Shown here piece by piece: positions 42,454-56,753 of a stretch of DNA of 64,000 nucleotides. The notes under the pieces were generated by a model. It was given only the letters and a program-made list of their open reading frames with translations. It had not been told where the DNA came from and made no database searches. Source of the stretch: Octopus vulgaris (lineage: Eukaryota); contig OX597838.1 in the NCBI GenBank assembly GCA_951406725.2, positions 40,486,001 to 40,550,000 of the forward strand, given 5' to 3'. Numbering within the stretch: position 1 is the stretch's first letter; every line of letters starts with the position of its first letter. The position numbers were made by a program, and so were the translations under genes.

Positions 42454-42625
42454 GTCTGCACATAACCATCTGTCATTTCTTCAGTTAACTTTTTGATCTT
42501 AGCCGAAGCTTTTTCTCGTTTGAGAATCAGATCTTTTTCTACTGGATTTTTCAGTTTAAGAACCCTTTAGATCTGGCGTAGTGATTTTCTTTTGCTTTTT
42601 TTAACAAATTGACCTTCTCTCATTA
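42454..42625 (-). mobile_element. Internal maT transposase fragment flanked by a 16-bp direct repeat
   Basis: Reverse complement of about 43710-43872; taaagctgtctttagg at 42438 and 42626. Confidence 0.8.
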
Positions 42626-42862
42626 TAAAGCTGTCTTTAGGTGTGTGGGTTTGAGTAGGGTGGAGATTAGGTTTTTCTTATCGGTCGTTATTAAATTTGG
42701 GGTTATGTTATTGTTTAGAATGTATTCATGCGCGTAGAAGTATGTAAAGAAACCTGTAGGTGTTATCCTTTTGTTAGCTAGGCACCTTTATATTGTCAAA
42801 GCAGGATGATTAAATCCAATAACACCAATAGAGACAAAAATACTGTCACACAACTCTAATGC

Positions 42863-42910
42863 ATTGCAGTCTGATGACGGGTTAGCTTCCTGAAACTTCG
42901 AAGTCACAAT
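42863..42910 (+). ncRNA. Minimal hammerhead-like motif in a pLTR-like segment
   Basis: CTGATGA-cggg-ttagct-tcct-GAAA-cttcgaag-TC; stem I is weak. Confidence 0.55.
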
Positions 42911-43006
42911 CAACAACATTATTTTATAAGAATAATACATTTGTCCTCTACAATCCATCAGATTCATGAAAAATAGCTTTTATTATAACTGAACATAAAA
43001 ACAAAC

Positions 43007-43086
<80 letters not shown>

Positions 43087-43088
<2 letters not shown>

Positions 43089-43270
43089 ACAGCGTGGAAG
43101 GTGTTTATAAGCCATTTAAGCACACAAAAGCGTTCGATTCACTTCAACATTTAAGTCGAACGGCTTTTGTTTTTCTTAAATGGCTTATAAACACCTTTCA
43201 CGCTGCAATTGTTTTCGTTTCAACACACGATCTCAGATCAAATTACTTGCTATGCGAGTACATCTCCGTA
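43087..43270 (+). mobile_element. Second fold-back copy of family Y
   Basis: Same 3' end (gcgagtacatctccgta + TA) and nearly the same left-arm start as 36394, with a different turning point. Confidence 0.8.
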
Positions 43271-43283
43271 ATATATATATATA

Positions 43284-44500
43284 CAGGTTGCGTAAGGTAT
43301 TTGGGTCATTGCTGCATTTTTTTGCTAACTCCGTATAATCTTTGTTTCAGAAAAATAATAATGGCAGACTCCCAGCTTACTCAAGAAATGCAGAGGCATG
43401 CTGTTATTGTTGTTATAAAGGCTAGGCATAACGATTTAGAAATTTCTCGATTTTTAAAAGTTGCCAAATCTTTCGTCTACAAAGTTTGGAAGGAGTTAGA
43501 GACTGAAAATGGAAACCTATCACCAGTATTAGAGCATGAAAAGTATTCTAAATGCTCTGAAATCATCAAAACACCTGAATTTATCCAGCAAGTTCAACAG
43601 ACCATTGATTACAATCCCAGAAAGTCTGAGGTCAGTTACAAAAGATCTGTCTATGTCAGAAAGAACAGTCAGAAATGTTGTCCACGAAGACATCAGATAT
43701 AAATGTTATATGATGAGGAAAGAATCAATTTGTTAAAAAAAGCAAAAGAAAATCACTACGTCAGATCTTAAGGGTTCTTAAACTGAAAAATCCAGTAGAA
43801 AAAGATCTGATTCTCAAACGAGAAAAGCTTCGGCTAAGATCAAAAAGTTAACAGAAGGTTATGTGCAGACCCTTCTAGAGTTCCAAGTGTTATGCATACA
43901 AAGTTTCCTGTAACTGTCATGGTTTTAGGGGTTGTCAGCAATGAAGGACATGTGATACCTCCTTACTTCTTTCAACAAAGCCTTAGAGTTAACTCTGCTG
44001 CCTACATTGAGGTCCTGGAAACAATTAAGCCCTAGATAGACAGTGTACGCAATGGAAGGCCATATGTGTTTCAGTAAGACTGCTGTATTACACATGGCTC
44101 TAGTAACAAAGGAATGGAGGGCTTAAAATGTTAATGATCACATAAAGCCTAACATTTAACCTCCTCCTAATTCCCCAGATCTCAATCCATGTGGAGCGTT
44201 ATTGAGAGAGAGAAAGGTCAAGGAACACGCCCATAACACCAAAGGGCCTTTGAAAGCTGCCATGGTCAGATTAATGCCCAATATGAACCAAGACCACTTG
44301 ATTCGAGCTTGTAGATGATATAGATCTCAGATAGAAGCCATTCTTGAAGCTGAGAGTGGCTTTATTGAATAACATTATATAAAAGAAGGTTGATTTTTAT
44401 CCTCATAACATTTTCTAATAAGTTTATTATCTGTTCATATATATATATCTGTTTTATTTTTATAAACATAAATCTGACCTCAAATATCTTACGCACCCTC
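43284..44500 (+). mobile_element. Full-length but inactivated Tc1/mariner (DD37D/maT-like) DNA transposon
   Basis: About 26-bp imperfect TIRs (caggttgcgtaaggtatttgggtca / tgacctcaaatatcttacgcaccctc), TA flanks, HTH N-terminus, VMVLGVVSNEG, YVFQ*D, PPNSPDLNP. Confidence 0.88.
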
Positions 44501-44561
44501 TATATTTTGTGATATATGTTTTAAGTTTGTATGTATATGTATATATACATGGATGTATGCA

Positions 44562-44620
<59 letters not shown>

Positions 44621-44630
44621 TATGTTCGTT

Positions 44631-44677
<47 letters not shown>

Positions 44678-44689
44678 TTTTATGCTCTT

Positions 44690-44935
44690 ATTATTTTACT
44701 TGTTTCAATCATCTGGCTGCGGCCAGGCTGGAGCACCGCCTTTAGTGGAACAAATCGATCCCAGGACTTATCTTTTGTAAACCTAGAACTTATCCGATCG
44801 GCCTCTGTAGCCGAACCACTAAGATACGGGGGCGTAAACACACCAGCATCGGTTGTCTACCAAATCCACTCACAAGGTTTGGGTCGCCCTGCGGCTATAT
44901 TAAAAGACACTTCCCTAAGGTGCCACGTAGTGGGG
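44690..44935 (-). mobile_element. SINE family B, decayed
   Basis: ggctggagcaccgcctttagt and ctaccaaatccactcacaagg. Confidence 0.8.
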
Positions 44936-46914
44936 CTCTAACATGCGTACGTTTTTTGTGTGTGTGTATGTTTGTACTTCGTTACTTTTTTATCAAGCCG
45001 GGGAGAACTGGTTGTGAATAAAAAGAATATCCCTTACCTGGAAAGCAACAACGATAATTTTTATCATATCGAACTTTAAGAAAATCTTGCATATTTTTAC
45101 TGTTCCACAAATAGATTAAATTTGTGAAGTTGGTGTGTTTGCCAATGGATGCAGGTATCTCTTTATGCATCTTAAAGAGAACCGAAACGAAGATACAAAC
45201 TGAAACTGATATTAAGGAAAGGAAACGCCATAGCTATCGAGATTTTCTTCAAATTTTGATCTTATGACTGAGTTTATCTTTCTAAAGCTGTCTTTTGTTA
45301 AATAGTAATGGTTCAGTCAGACTGATAATAAATTTCCACCAGCGGAAATAATATGTCGGCCATCGTGTAAGAACTGTTGTCTTCGTGCCAATGGTCTGGA
45401 CAGATTCGTATTTGTACACAGTGCCCAGGTGTCATAATTCTGCAGAGCATTGAACTGAGAAGAAAGGTTACTTTGATAGTTGTAATAAAAGCTGAAGGTC
45501 ATCAACTCAACAAAAGAGTTCTCTTCATATTGCAGTTCAGGATACGAAAGTATGTATATATATATATATGTATAAGCATGCGTCTGTGGAGAGCCTGTTA
45601 ATATCAGAATGGGTGTAATATGTGTAAGTTTTGAAATTTTGATTATCGATTTTCTGCATCCTTAATTTTGGTATTGGTTGCCACATTCTGGTTGAGTCTA
45701 TTCCCAGAATATATATTTCGATAAAAGATAAGACACATAACTACCAATTTGTGAGTAAAGAAGGCCTGTTTCATTTTTTTCTGATTGGTGTCCACACTTG
45801 CAAGGTAACCGATCAGTTTTATGGCGGCGTTTACGATATAACACAATTTCTTACCGATCTTCAGCAGATCTTGATTCTTTGTGGTTTTAATACTTTCTGA
45901 TTCGAAGATTTCGGCCTTCCGCAGCAATAAAACTCTCACCAGAAACACATATCTGCCGAGATTTTATCTTTATCCCTTCCTACCTATCTCACAATTGTCA
46001 TGTATTTCAGGTCTAAAGATTTTTGTTGTCAACATTTTGGCTTAATAATTCATAATTCCATAATTCAGTGTCATTTTTGTTTACTTAAATAATGGCTGAT
46101 TTTCAATTCGCTATTGCCCCTTTTTGTTTTTGTTCTGTTGTTTAGATATTTGTATTAGTTTCCTTCAAGATTTTACTAATATTTTTGTAATATTAGCGAA
46201 TTTCTAAGTATAGAAGACCCCAAACAACCAACTGTCTTAGCTTGTGAGTGGTTTATTCTAAATGCAGGCATTTTCTTTGAATTTTTTCTCATTTGTCTTT
46301 CTAATTCAACAGTTTCCAGGTGAGAATAATGAACCTATAACTTACTACACTAGGTAGAATATTGACATCTTGCTTTCCATATTTAATTCTGTTTTAAGTA
46401 GAATCCACTCCAACTGGAATATTTTTCCTTGTTTTTTTTGTTATTTCTTTGTGTTGCAATTTCTTTATTTTATTCATACTCTAAAGCAGTGTCTCGTTTA
46501 ATTCTACTCTACCAATATCATTATTTAGCACGATAATAGATGCTGCCATTAAATATTCATCCTCTTCAATGAAGTATCTTTTCCCAAAACGACTTTCCTA
46601 TTAATTCTTCAACAAATACTTTTAGGAGTTGTTTGTCACCGTCCATGTACAACCTGATGCCATACGTTTACAAAAGACTGAGTGTTCTCCAAAAGCAGTC
46701 TAGACTGGTTTACTATGTTAGTTTGAATTAAAAGCATCAGATAAAAAAAGTGGAAAGAAGGAAGCAGAGGGAGAGAGGGGTGATCGAGAGATTGAAATAA
46801 AAAGAAAGTAACCTTGGAATATTCCTTTTCTTATAGAGATTGTTTTCAGTCTTATAATGGCCGCTTTCGTTTGCTTCTATGGAATTATTTAACATTTCTT
46901 CGTTAAATAGTTGA

Positions 46915-47310
46915 CTAGCAGTATCGCCCGGCGTTGCTCAGGTTTGCAAGGGAAATAACTATAAAGCATTTTTAGAGAGTTATAGCCAAAAAATAGCAAA
47001 AAAATAGCAAAAAAATGGAAAAGAAATTATGGTAAATTTTTTTTTGAGAGTTAAAAAAGGTCGAGTTGCGTCCCCTAGACAGTCTGTGGTTTGTGTTTCT
47101 GATTCTCGACCCCATGTCGAATTTATCGATTTTTTCAGAACTGGGGGAACTTTTCAAAATTTTCGCTGCGTTAGTTTTGAATTATGACATTGGGCTATGT
47201 GTGTATCAAGTTTCATCAGAATCGGTTGAAAGCAGTGGTCAGGGTGAGGGTACGAGAAAACAGACACACAGAAACACACACAGACAAACTGCCGTTTATA
47301 TAGAGAGAGA
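46915..47310 (-). mobile_element. Non-autonomous Helitron-like element
   Basis: actagcagtatcgcccggcgttgctc is the reverse of the 11332 end; the other end reads TC on the minus strand. Confidence 0.75.
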
Positions 47311-47789
47311 TGTGTCAACTCATTATTTGCGCCGCCCTCCCCTGTTACTCATGGCCAAAGATTCCAGAAGACAAAACAATGAAATACATTCAAAAGTATT
47401 CTGATAATCAACCCACGCCCTGCTCAGACCCTTGTTTATCCATCTAAAACCTTCGTTTGTGTATTTGCGTGCCAGCAAGTTACCGTTTTGTAGAATTATC
47501 CCCGTTATTTTTAGGTTCTCTCTCGTGGATGTTTTGCCCAAGGACTTTTAGGGAATTTTAAGTCATCCCCGATTTTAATAACTCCATCAGCACAACATCT
47601 TAGCATCTTGAAACTTGGAATCATACATTGAATACTGTCGTCCCTCATATAAAAGACAGAATAATCCCGATTTGGTTTCTGCTCAATCAGGCTTGACCTA
47701 AGCGACAGCGACACATTCAAACATATTCACATTTATAGTCTGATACATAGAAACAACCGAATAAAATAAATACACGCACACACATACAT

Positions 47790-47971
47790 AGGCGCAGGAG
47801 TGGCTGTGTGGTAAGTAGCTTGCTAACCAGCCACATGGGTCCGGGTTCAGTCCCACTGCGTGGCACCTTGGGCAAGTGTCTTCTACTATAGCCTCGGGTC
47901 GACCAAAGCCTTGTGAGTGGATTTGGTAGACGGAAACTGAAAGAAGTCCGTCGTATATATGTATATATATA

Positions 47972-48018
<47 letters not shown>

Positions 48019-48225
48019 GTTTGTGTGTCTGTGTTTGTCCTCCTAGCATTGCTTGACAGGCGATGCTGGTGTGTTTATGTCCTCGTTACTTAGCGGTTCG
48101 GCAAAAGAGACCGATAAAATAAGTACTGGGCTTACAAAAGAATAAATCCCGGGGTCGAGTTGCTCGACTAAAGGCGGTGCTCCAGCATGGCCGCAGTCAA
48201 CTGACTGAAACAAGTAAAAAGAGTA
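47790..48225 (+). mobile_element. Full-length SINE family B
   Basis: Head ggcgcaggagtggctgtgtggtaag..gggttcagtccc, internal (TA)/(TG)n, conserved 3' half. Confidence 0.9.
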
Positions 48226-48926
48226 TATACACGCCTGCACACTATGAACCATAAATACACATACAAAGACAGACAGTCAGACACACACAGATAAAAGGGA
48301 AAGGAAACAGGAACAATATTGTTTATATTTTGAGCTCAAGACCATTAATTTTCAAGGAAGAGAGATAATCGATTACATTGACCATTGAACTCAACTGCTG
48401 TTTATTTTATCGACCCTGAAAGAATGAAAAGAAAAGACAATCTCAACGAAATTCGAACTGAGAACGAAAAAGTGATGAAGAAATATCAATAGATAGTTTG
48501 TGGAACTCGCTAACGATTCCACTAGATGACCACCTGAATGGTTTCGTATTTCGGTACAAAACCAGCAGTTTCACGGGACTGACTACATCAGTTATATCGA
48601 ACTCAACACCCGCTGACTACTTTATTTTATCGACTCTGAAAAGTAAAGGTGATTTCAGTGAGATTTGAACTCAAAAAGAGCCGAAGAAATGCTGTTTAAG
48701 CATTTCGTCCGATCCTCAAGCAATCCTTGCAACTTGTTGCATTAAAGAGAAAAGCAAAAGATTTTTCTAAACCGAAACCTGCATCAGTCTCTATCCAGTT
48801 GTTGATAGTCATTTGTCAGTCGAAGTGGTGGTCACGGGATTCGATTTCAATGAATTACTTTACTGTATGTGATACTAAATTATCGGATATCTCTCAATTT
48901 CCCTCTCCCCGTCCCTCTATCTGTCT

Positions 48927-48963
<37 letters not shown>

Positions 48964-49099
48964 TATGTGTGCGTGTGTATACAGTTTCTAAAATCCTACA
49001 ACGTTCTGTCTTCAATGTGTCGTATCGTTTCGAATCCTATTTAAAGGCCTTTGTAGCTTTCAGTCAGCATCTCTAATCTCCTTCGTCTGGTATTCATGG

Positions 49100-49800
49100 G
49101 TATGTGTGTGTATGTATGTATGTATGTATGTAGGTATGTATGTATGTATGTATGTATGTATGTGTATGTATTTATGTATGTATGTATGTATGTATGTGTG
49201 TATCTATGTATGTATGTATGTATGTATGTATGTATGTATGTATGTATGTATGTATGTATGTATGTGTGTATCTATGTATGTATGTATGTATTATGTATGT
49301 ATGTATGTATGTATTATGTATGTATGTATGTATGTATGAATGTATGTATGTATTATGTATGTATGTATGTATGTATGTATTTATGAATGTATGTATTATG
49401 TATGTATGTATGTATGCATGTATGTATGAACGTATGTATGTATTTATGAATGTATGTATGTATGTATTTATGTATGCATGTGTGTGTGTGTGTGTGCATG
49501 TATGTATGTATGTATGTATGTATCTATGTATGTATGTGTGTATGTATGCATATGTGTATGTATGTATGTATGTATGTATGTGTATGTATGTATGTATGTA
49601 TGTATGTATGCATGTGTCGTATGTATGTATGTATGTATGTATGTATGTATGTTTGTATGTATATATGCATGTATGTATGCATGTGTGTATGTATGTATGT
49701 ATGTATGTATGTATGTATGTATGTATGTATGTATGTATATATGTATGTATGTATGCATGCATGTATGTGTGTATGTATGTATGTATGTGCATGTATGTGT
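49100..49800. repeat. (TATG)n compound microsatellite
   Basis: Direct reading. Confidence 0.97.
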
Positions 49801-50673
49801 GTGCATTTGTCGATGAAAAACAGCCTTTAAGTAAATGATGGAAATACATATCCTTGTATTTGATCCGATTCATAAGTTCTGTTTCGTACATGTTTTTGCT
49901 CCAAGAATTTTTTTCAAGATGTATATGCGCGCGTGCGCGTGTGCTGTAAATCTTTTGATATATCATGCATTTTTGAATTTAGAGGCCATTATTGCGTTCG
50001 GTATATGATTCTATTGAATTACGTTCAGTTCAATTAAGAGTAGTTTACGCCACACGTTTAATAAATCAGTCCTTAACTCGTTTAATTATGTATTCGCCAA
50101 CTTAATATATTCACAATCATAGGTTTATTGATTTCATTGGAATTATCTATAAACATTATGAAACAATCCGTTCTTGTTTGGATGTGAGAATACTGAATAT
50201 TGAACTGCGAAGGTTTAGAGAAATGGTTTCCACTTGTAGCATTTGTATCTTTTGCTTGTAAATATTTATTTTCTGTAGTAAGCGTTAGAATCAGTCGACA
50301 GGACTGAAGTGGAATCTATAAGCTCACAGTCTTTCGCTACTAAGTTCCACGCTTTATTGATTTGAACAAACAATGCCAGCTTGCTCGGCAGCTTTCTTGT
50401 TACTGTTTAACTGTTTTGCAGTTTTGGTGTCGAAGTCGAAGTTACTGTTAATGTTGCTGTTTATGAATTCCTTGGATCAGTCGGTCCTCTTTTTTCTTTT
50501 TCTTTTTTTTTTTTGTGTCTCTAGCTCTACATTACATATTTTCCCTAACTATGACTTATACCGAACACTGCGTTATCTACTGTGCTCTTCGCATTTCTAT
50601 AACGGTTTGATATGATTTAGTGGCTATTTTAAGAAAGTCGAGTGACCACGTAGATGATCTCTCTTTTAACCTG

Positions 50674-50737
<64 letters not shown>

Positions 50738-50947
50738 AACATTTACAAATAGTCGGTGAAGGAAACATTCTGGTTGTAAACATGAATATTTTGTTAGTCT
50801 ATAATAACCAGTTGAAGACTTTGATGATATAACATTGGTCTAGGGTTATAAGACGAGGGGTTTTACCTGGTAGTCCAGGATACAGAAAGATAAGGAGGTG
50901 GAGAGTGACTAGTCATAGTAATAATAATAATAATAATAATGATGATG

Positions 50948-51026
<79 letters not shown>

Positions 51027-51028
51027 TA

Positions 51029-52318
51029 ATGCATAGAATGCACCACCCTAAGGCAGATACAGAACGAATTTATCTGCCAAGAAAAGAGGGAGGCCGTGGA
51101 CTTTTACAACTGGCAATAACAATGAAGATTGCTACAATTGGCCTAGACACCTACCTGAAAAAGTCTGAGGACTGGATGTTAAAACTTATCTAAAAACATG
51201 AAAACAAGAAAGCATCATACTCAGTAACAAAACAGGCAAAGGAATATCTAAGTGAATTCCGAATACAACAAATTTCGGAATTAGAGATAGACATACAAGA
51301 AACAAGCACAGCAAAAGCTAAGCGCATGAAAACCCGTGCCAAAACTGCGGCCTTAGATATTCTGAATAATAAATGGCAAGAAAAACCTCTCTATGGCAAA
51401 TACCCACAGAGAGCGAATAATGCAGATATTGACAAAGCCCTGACCCATCAATGGCTAATGGCCTCTGGCTTAAAATCTGAAACAGAAGGGTTTATCATAG
51501 CAGCTCAAGATGAATGCCTACCAACAAGGAACTACCAGGCCAACGTATTAAAGAACGGCAGTCGCCCAACATGTCGTGTATGCTGACAACAAAATGAAAC
51601 CAGTGATCATGTTGTCTCCAAATGCAGTCTTCTAGCGCCTACAGAGTACCTCAACAGGCATGATAGAGCTGCACAATATATTCACTGGGTAATTTGCAAA
51701 AACCTGGATTTGCTCCATGAAAAAAACTGGTGGGAACACAATCCACCTCCAGTACTTGAAAATGACCACATCTCACTCCTCTGGAACTTCACCATTCAAA
51801 CTGACAGAAAGATAGACGCGAATAGGCCATACATCATATTGAAAGACTTCAGACAAAGAACATGCCTCCTCATTGATATGACTGTCCCAATCGACATAAA
51901 CGTATCTGTCAAGACCTACCAAAAACTGAGCAAATATAAAGATCTTGAAATAGAAATCAGCAAAATGTGGAAGCTGAAGACTAAAACAATACCTGTTGTC
52001 ATAGGTGCCCTGGGAATGATAGCGAAAAGGACTGATTGCTACCTAACTCAGATACCAGGAAACCCCAAAATGGCAGAAATTCAAAAGATAGTGCTATGGG
52101 GAACTGCTCATATCCTACGCAAAATACTCTCTATGTAATCCCAAGGTTTAAAACAAACTTTCTTTTTTGTATTAGACATTCACTAGTACAACACCAACAA
52201 AAAACCAAATATATGGCACACTAGGCACAACAACAACGTGAACTTCCAACCTGTTGTCTCTTGAGGTCTCTGGGTGAGACTTGGAGCCAACTTGTACAGA
52301 CATAAAGCAGCAAAAGGC

Positions 52319-52320
<2 letters not shown>
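51029..52320 (+). mobile_element. 5'-truncated R4/Dong-like non-LTR retrotransposon in (TAA)n
   Basis: HHPKADTERIYLPRKEGGRGL, WQEKPLYGKY, ETEGFIIAAQD, CRVC..H..C, RHD, IDANRP..IDMTVP..KLSKYKDL..PVVIGALG; (TAA)n on both sides. Confidence 0.88.
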
Positions 52321-52376
<56 letters not shown>

Positions 52377-52407
52377 TAATAATGATAATAATGATAACAA
52401 TTATCCC

Positions 52408-52612
52408 TTCAGGCACAAGGCCTGAAATTTGGGAGTAAGGAGCAGTCGATTATATCAACCCCAGTACTCAACTGTTAATGTTTTTATCGACTCCGAGAGG
52501 ATGAAAGGCAAAGTCGACCTCGGCGGAATTTTAAATCAGAATGTATAGACGGACGAAATGCCATTAAGCATTTCGTCCGGCGTGCTAACGATTCTGCCAG
52601 CTCTCCGCCTTA
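52408..52612 (-). mobile_element. SINE family C
   Basis: Reverse complement of the 22517 head and core. Confidence 0.8.
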
Positions 52613-54520
52613 ATAATAGTAATAATAACAATCACATTTTTTACAAATGAGGGCGTCATCAAGTTAGGGCACTTCGAGAAAATGACACTCTAGAATTGGA
52701 ACTGCTAGAATTCTTAGAAGCGTGCTTAACAACGGAAGGCCCCACTCCAGTCCACTCGTTGTGAACAGGTGTCTCCCGTATTACGCCACCAGCCAGAAAT
52801 GCTGTGCGACAAGTGGTATAATAATAATGCTGTCTACTAGAAGCACAAGGCTTGGAACTATAAGGGATAAGTAGTCGATTACATCGGCCTCGCTGCTCAA
52901 CCCCGAAAGGATGAAAGTCAAGGTCGACCTCGGCGGAATTTGTACTCAGTCGGTAAAAATGTGTGCTAACGATTCTGCCAGTTCCAATAAACCCCTCACA
53001 GTGCCTCACAGCAAAACAATTTTGTTCTGTGATTTGCAAAATTTCTAGCGGAGTTCCTGCTACTCGAGAGATTAATTTGCTTTCAATGCAGAGTTTCTAT
53101 TGGGTTCCAGTGGCATGCCTCTTTTATACCATCATCGTATAAGCATTGCTGGCTGCCTCAGCAAACCCATCGAGTAAGGAATTGGCCATTACCGCTATTC
53201 CACTAAATTTACACACGAAATGGTAGCATTCTGTGCAGAATCGTTGTAACCTGTCCACTTAACATTTTAGGAAAGTACCAATCATTTATCAAAGTGTTTA
53301 ATCAACCATGTGTCAGTCTGTTTAGTCAATCTTTTGTCAGTCCGTTTAAACCAATCATTTGTCATTCTGTTTAATCACTCATTCGTCAGTCTGTTTAGTC
53401 CATCTTTTGTTAGTTTGTTTGACCTTCATTCATTGGTCTGCTTGCTTTATGAATTATTGAAATTTCTTTTCGCTCGGTTTGTAGATTTCATTCGAGGAAT
53501 CTAAATGATGCCAATGTTTTGATATAGCAGTTGATATTCCTGGATAGCCTGGATCAGCCCTGACGGAGCAGACCAGTCAGAGAACTTTTGGATATCAGTT
53601 TTATAAAGTTAACACTTAATCAATGAAGGGTTGTTATTCTTGGAAGAGAAAAGCCAATGAAAGAAGATCCAAAGACCTTGTGTATCCAAAGGAAAAATAT
53701 TTACAGAAGTAAAACCAATAGGTTCATTAAGAATAGGTCAGGGCATATTTTGAAAACGCACTTGTGTTTAAAGATATATCGTTAGATGGTGGTTTGTTAT
53801 GATAATAGGTTTTCCGAAGGATACAGACTTTACAAAAACACGATTGTCGTGGAACGAGAGGACAAAAAATATTTATTTAAAAGCTTGGTTATCTTTGGAA
53901 AATAAGTTTGATCTTCTAAGAAGCATTGACGGAAGTTGGTCTCGTATCGAATTCCAAGTCTTCAAGCGTTTTGCTGTTTCTCGAGTAAAAGCAACAAGAA
54001 ACTGTTTATATCAAAAATAGTTCAAACAATAAATTTTATGCTGTGATGAAGACGAACAGCAGTTTGACGTTTCGGACTAAAACATTCATCGGGAAGAAAT
54101 GAAATGTCTTCTCGTATAACGAGATTTTTTATACAACTGCTTCGATTCTCTACGGTCAAATTTTACTAAAATCAAAACAGCCTTTTCTTTCGCGGTGGAT
54201 ATAAAAGGACAACGTGGTACATTGGCTGAATAGTAAAAATGAGGGACGAGATGTCTCCCAACGTATATTCTAGCATTTAGTGATCTGAATTCAAACCTCA
54301 AAAGATTCTACTTGTGTGATACACTAAACCCGCCGTCCACGTTTAGCACAATCATCTGGCCGAAATTCGAGTTTAAGGACGATTTTTTTTATCCCTCTCC
54401 CTCTATCCCTCCCTACCTCCTTCTTTCTCTTCCACCCGCCTGGTAAAGGGCCAGAGGCACGAATTCCTGCCTGCGAGAAACATTTTTTTTAAATGGGTAA
54501 ACATTGAAAATACTGAATGA

Positions 54521-54552
<32 letters not shown>

Positions 54553-54560
54553 TTACTAGC

Positions 54561-54644
<84 letters not shown>

Positions 54645-54822
54645 TCCAGGACTTACGAGTGTATATAACATACAGAAAATAACAATACAAGGCACCACAC
54701 AATTCCTACGTAAAACACTTTCAAAACAGTGAAAATAAGAGCACCACAACAAACCACAGTACATAGCCAAGGCACACAGAGCGGCGCTCGGTAGTGAGGT
54801 GAAAGCACGTGATAAAAATAAG
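54645..54822 (+). mobile_element. Extreme 3' end of a second R4/Dong-like family after (TAA)n
   Basis: TPGLTSVYNIQKITIQGTTQFLRKTLS resembles IPGNPKMAEIQKIVLWGTAHILRKILS. Confidence 0.7.
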
Positions 54823-55081
54823 ACAACAACAAGGAAGGGGAGAAAACAAGAGGAAGTAGAAGTGGAAGAAGAGAAGGGGACGAGGAAGGGACGAAAAGAG
54901 GAGGAAGAAGAGGGAAAGAGGAGAGGAAGAGGAATAGAAGAGGAGGCAGGGGAGGGAGAGGAGGAGAGAGTGGAATTAGAGGTAAAAGACGAAGTGGAAG
55001 GGGAAGAAGAAGAGGAACAATGGGAAAAGGAAAGAAGGAAAACAAGAAGAGGAGGAGGCAGAATATCAAAAATAAAATCAC

Positions 55082-55520
55082 AGGTGCAGGATTGGCTGTG
55101 TGATAAGTAGCTTGCTTACCAACCACATGGTTCCGAGTTCAGTCCCACTGCGTGGCGCCTTGGGCAAGTGTCTTCTACTATAGCCTCGGGTCGACCAAAG
55201 CCTTGTGAGTGGATTTGGTAGACGGAAACTGAAAGAAGCCCGTCGTATATATGTATATATATATATATATATGTATATGTGTGTGTGTGTGTGTGTATAT
55301 ATATATGTTTGTGTGTCTGTGTTTGTCCCCCCAACATCACTTGACAACCAATGCTGGTGTGTTTACGTCACCGTAACTTAGCGGTTCGGCAAAAGAGACC
55401 GATAGAATAAGTACTAGGCTTACAAAGAATAAGTCCTGGGGGTCGATTTGCTCGACTAAAGGCGGTGCTCCGGCATGGCCACAGTCAAATGACTGAAACA
55501 AGTAAAAAAGTAAAAGAGTA
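55082..55520 (+). mobile_element. Full-length SINE family B
   Basis: Co-linear with 47790-48225. Confidence 0.9.
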
Positions 55521-55789
55521 GAAAAGAGTAAGTGTTCAGTCTCCAATAACTTATCTTTCTTTTTCATTTCTTTCTTCTTTCTTCCGTTCTTCTTTCATTT
55601 TTCTTTCACTCTTTCGTTCTTTCTTTCTTCTTCTATTGTGTTTTCTTTATCCCTGCTTTTTTCTCTCTGTTATTTTACCTACTTCCATTGCATCTTTCCC
55701 TCATTCTTATATTCGCCCCTACTTTTTACGTTCAAGATGTTTCACTAATCCTTATATATGTATATATAAAACGTAAATATAGAAGAACA

Positions 55790-55980
55790 AGAATGAGTGC
55801 TAAGCATCGCATTGATGCAGTTCTACATTTAAGAGACGAGGAATTATGCACATTATTTACAATTGACGGATATTTGTTATCTTTTTTGTTGTTAACACAA
55901 CGTTTCGTCTGATATACCCTCCAGCCTTCATCGGGTGTCTTAGGGAAATTTCGAACCTGGGTTCTCATCACTAAGGTATA
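55790..55980 (-). mobile_element. Penelope pLTR-like fragment with degenerate hammerhead
   Basis: Minus strand CCGATGA-a-ggctg-gagggtatat-cagac-GAAAC at about 55900-55934. Confidence 0.5.
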
Positions 55981-56753
55981 ACTGTCGATTAGACCTGCGT
56001 TCTTTTTGTTTGTTTGTTTATGCGCATATGGATACACAGATGTATGTATGTATGTATGTATGTATGTATGTGTGTATGTATATATGTATGCATGTATGTG
56101 TGTATGTATGTGTGTATGTATGTATATGTGTATGCATGTATGTGTGTATGTTTGTATGTATGTATGTAGTTATGTATGTATGTATGTATATATGTATGTA
56201 TGTATGTGTGTATGTATGTGTGTATGTATGTATGTGTTATGTATGTATGTGTGTATGCATGTATGTGTGTATGTATGTATGTAGTTATGTATGTATGTAT
56301 GTGTGTGTATGCGTCTGTATGTTTGTATGCATGTATTCTGCAAATTCATGTGTTTATGAATTTATGTTTGTGTTTGTATGTGTGTGTGTGTGTATGTGTG
56401 TGTGTGTGTATCTGTGTGTGTGTGTGTGTGTGTGTATCTGTGTGTGTACCTCAGTTTTCTTGTGTGCGCGTGTTCGAATGTGTTTATATGTATGGATTTG
56501 TATGACTATCTACTTGCGTCTGTTATGTACGGCTGTGTGTCTCTATGTGTGTCCTTGTGTGTGTGTGTGTGTGTGTATGAGAATATGTTTCTGTCTTCAT
56601 TTGTGTATGTATGCGCGTATGTGTGCTGGAATGTCCATATTACCTGTGTACCTGTCTATATATCCATGTGTTTACTTACATATCCATTTACCTATACACA
56701 CACACACACATAAATATATATATAGGAAAAAAGCAACAAGAATGGATTAAAAT

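Noticed and set aside
45000-46700. Possible decayed RT or transposase (GRHIIS, YDTWALCTN)
   Set aside because: Motif-like words occur in the wrong order for a Penelope RT; no continuous frame.
54061-54096. Minus-strand CCGATGA..GAAAcgTC motif; also the half motif GAAAcaattgTA near 59975
   Set aside because: Stems or the 5' core are missing; may be decayed copies but not supportable.
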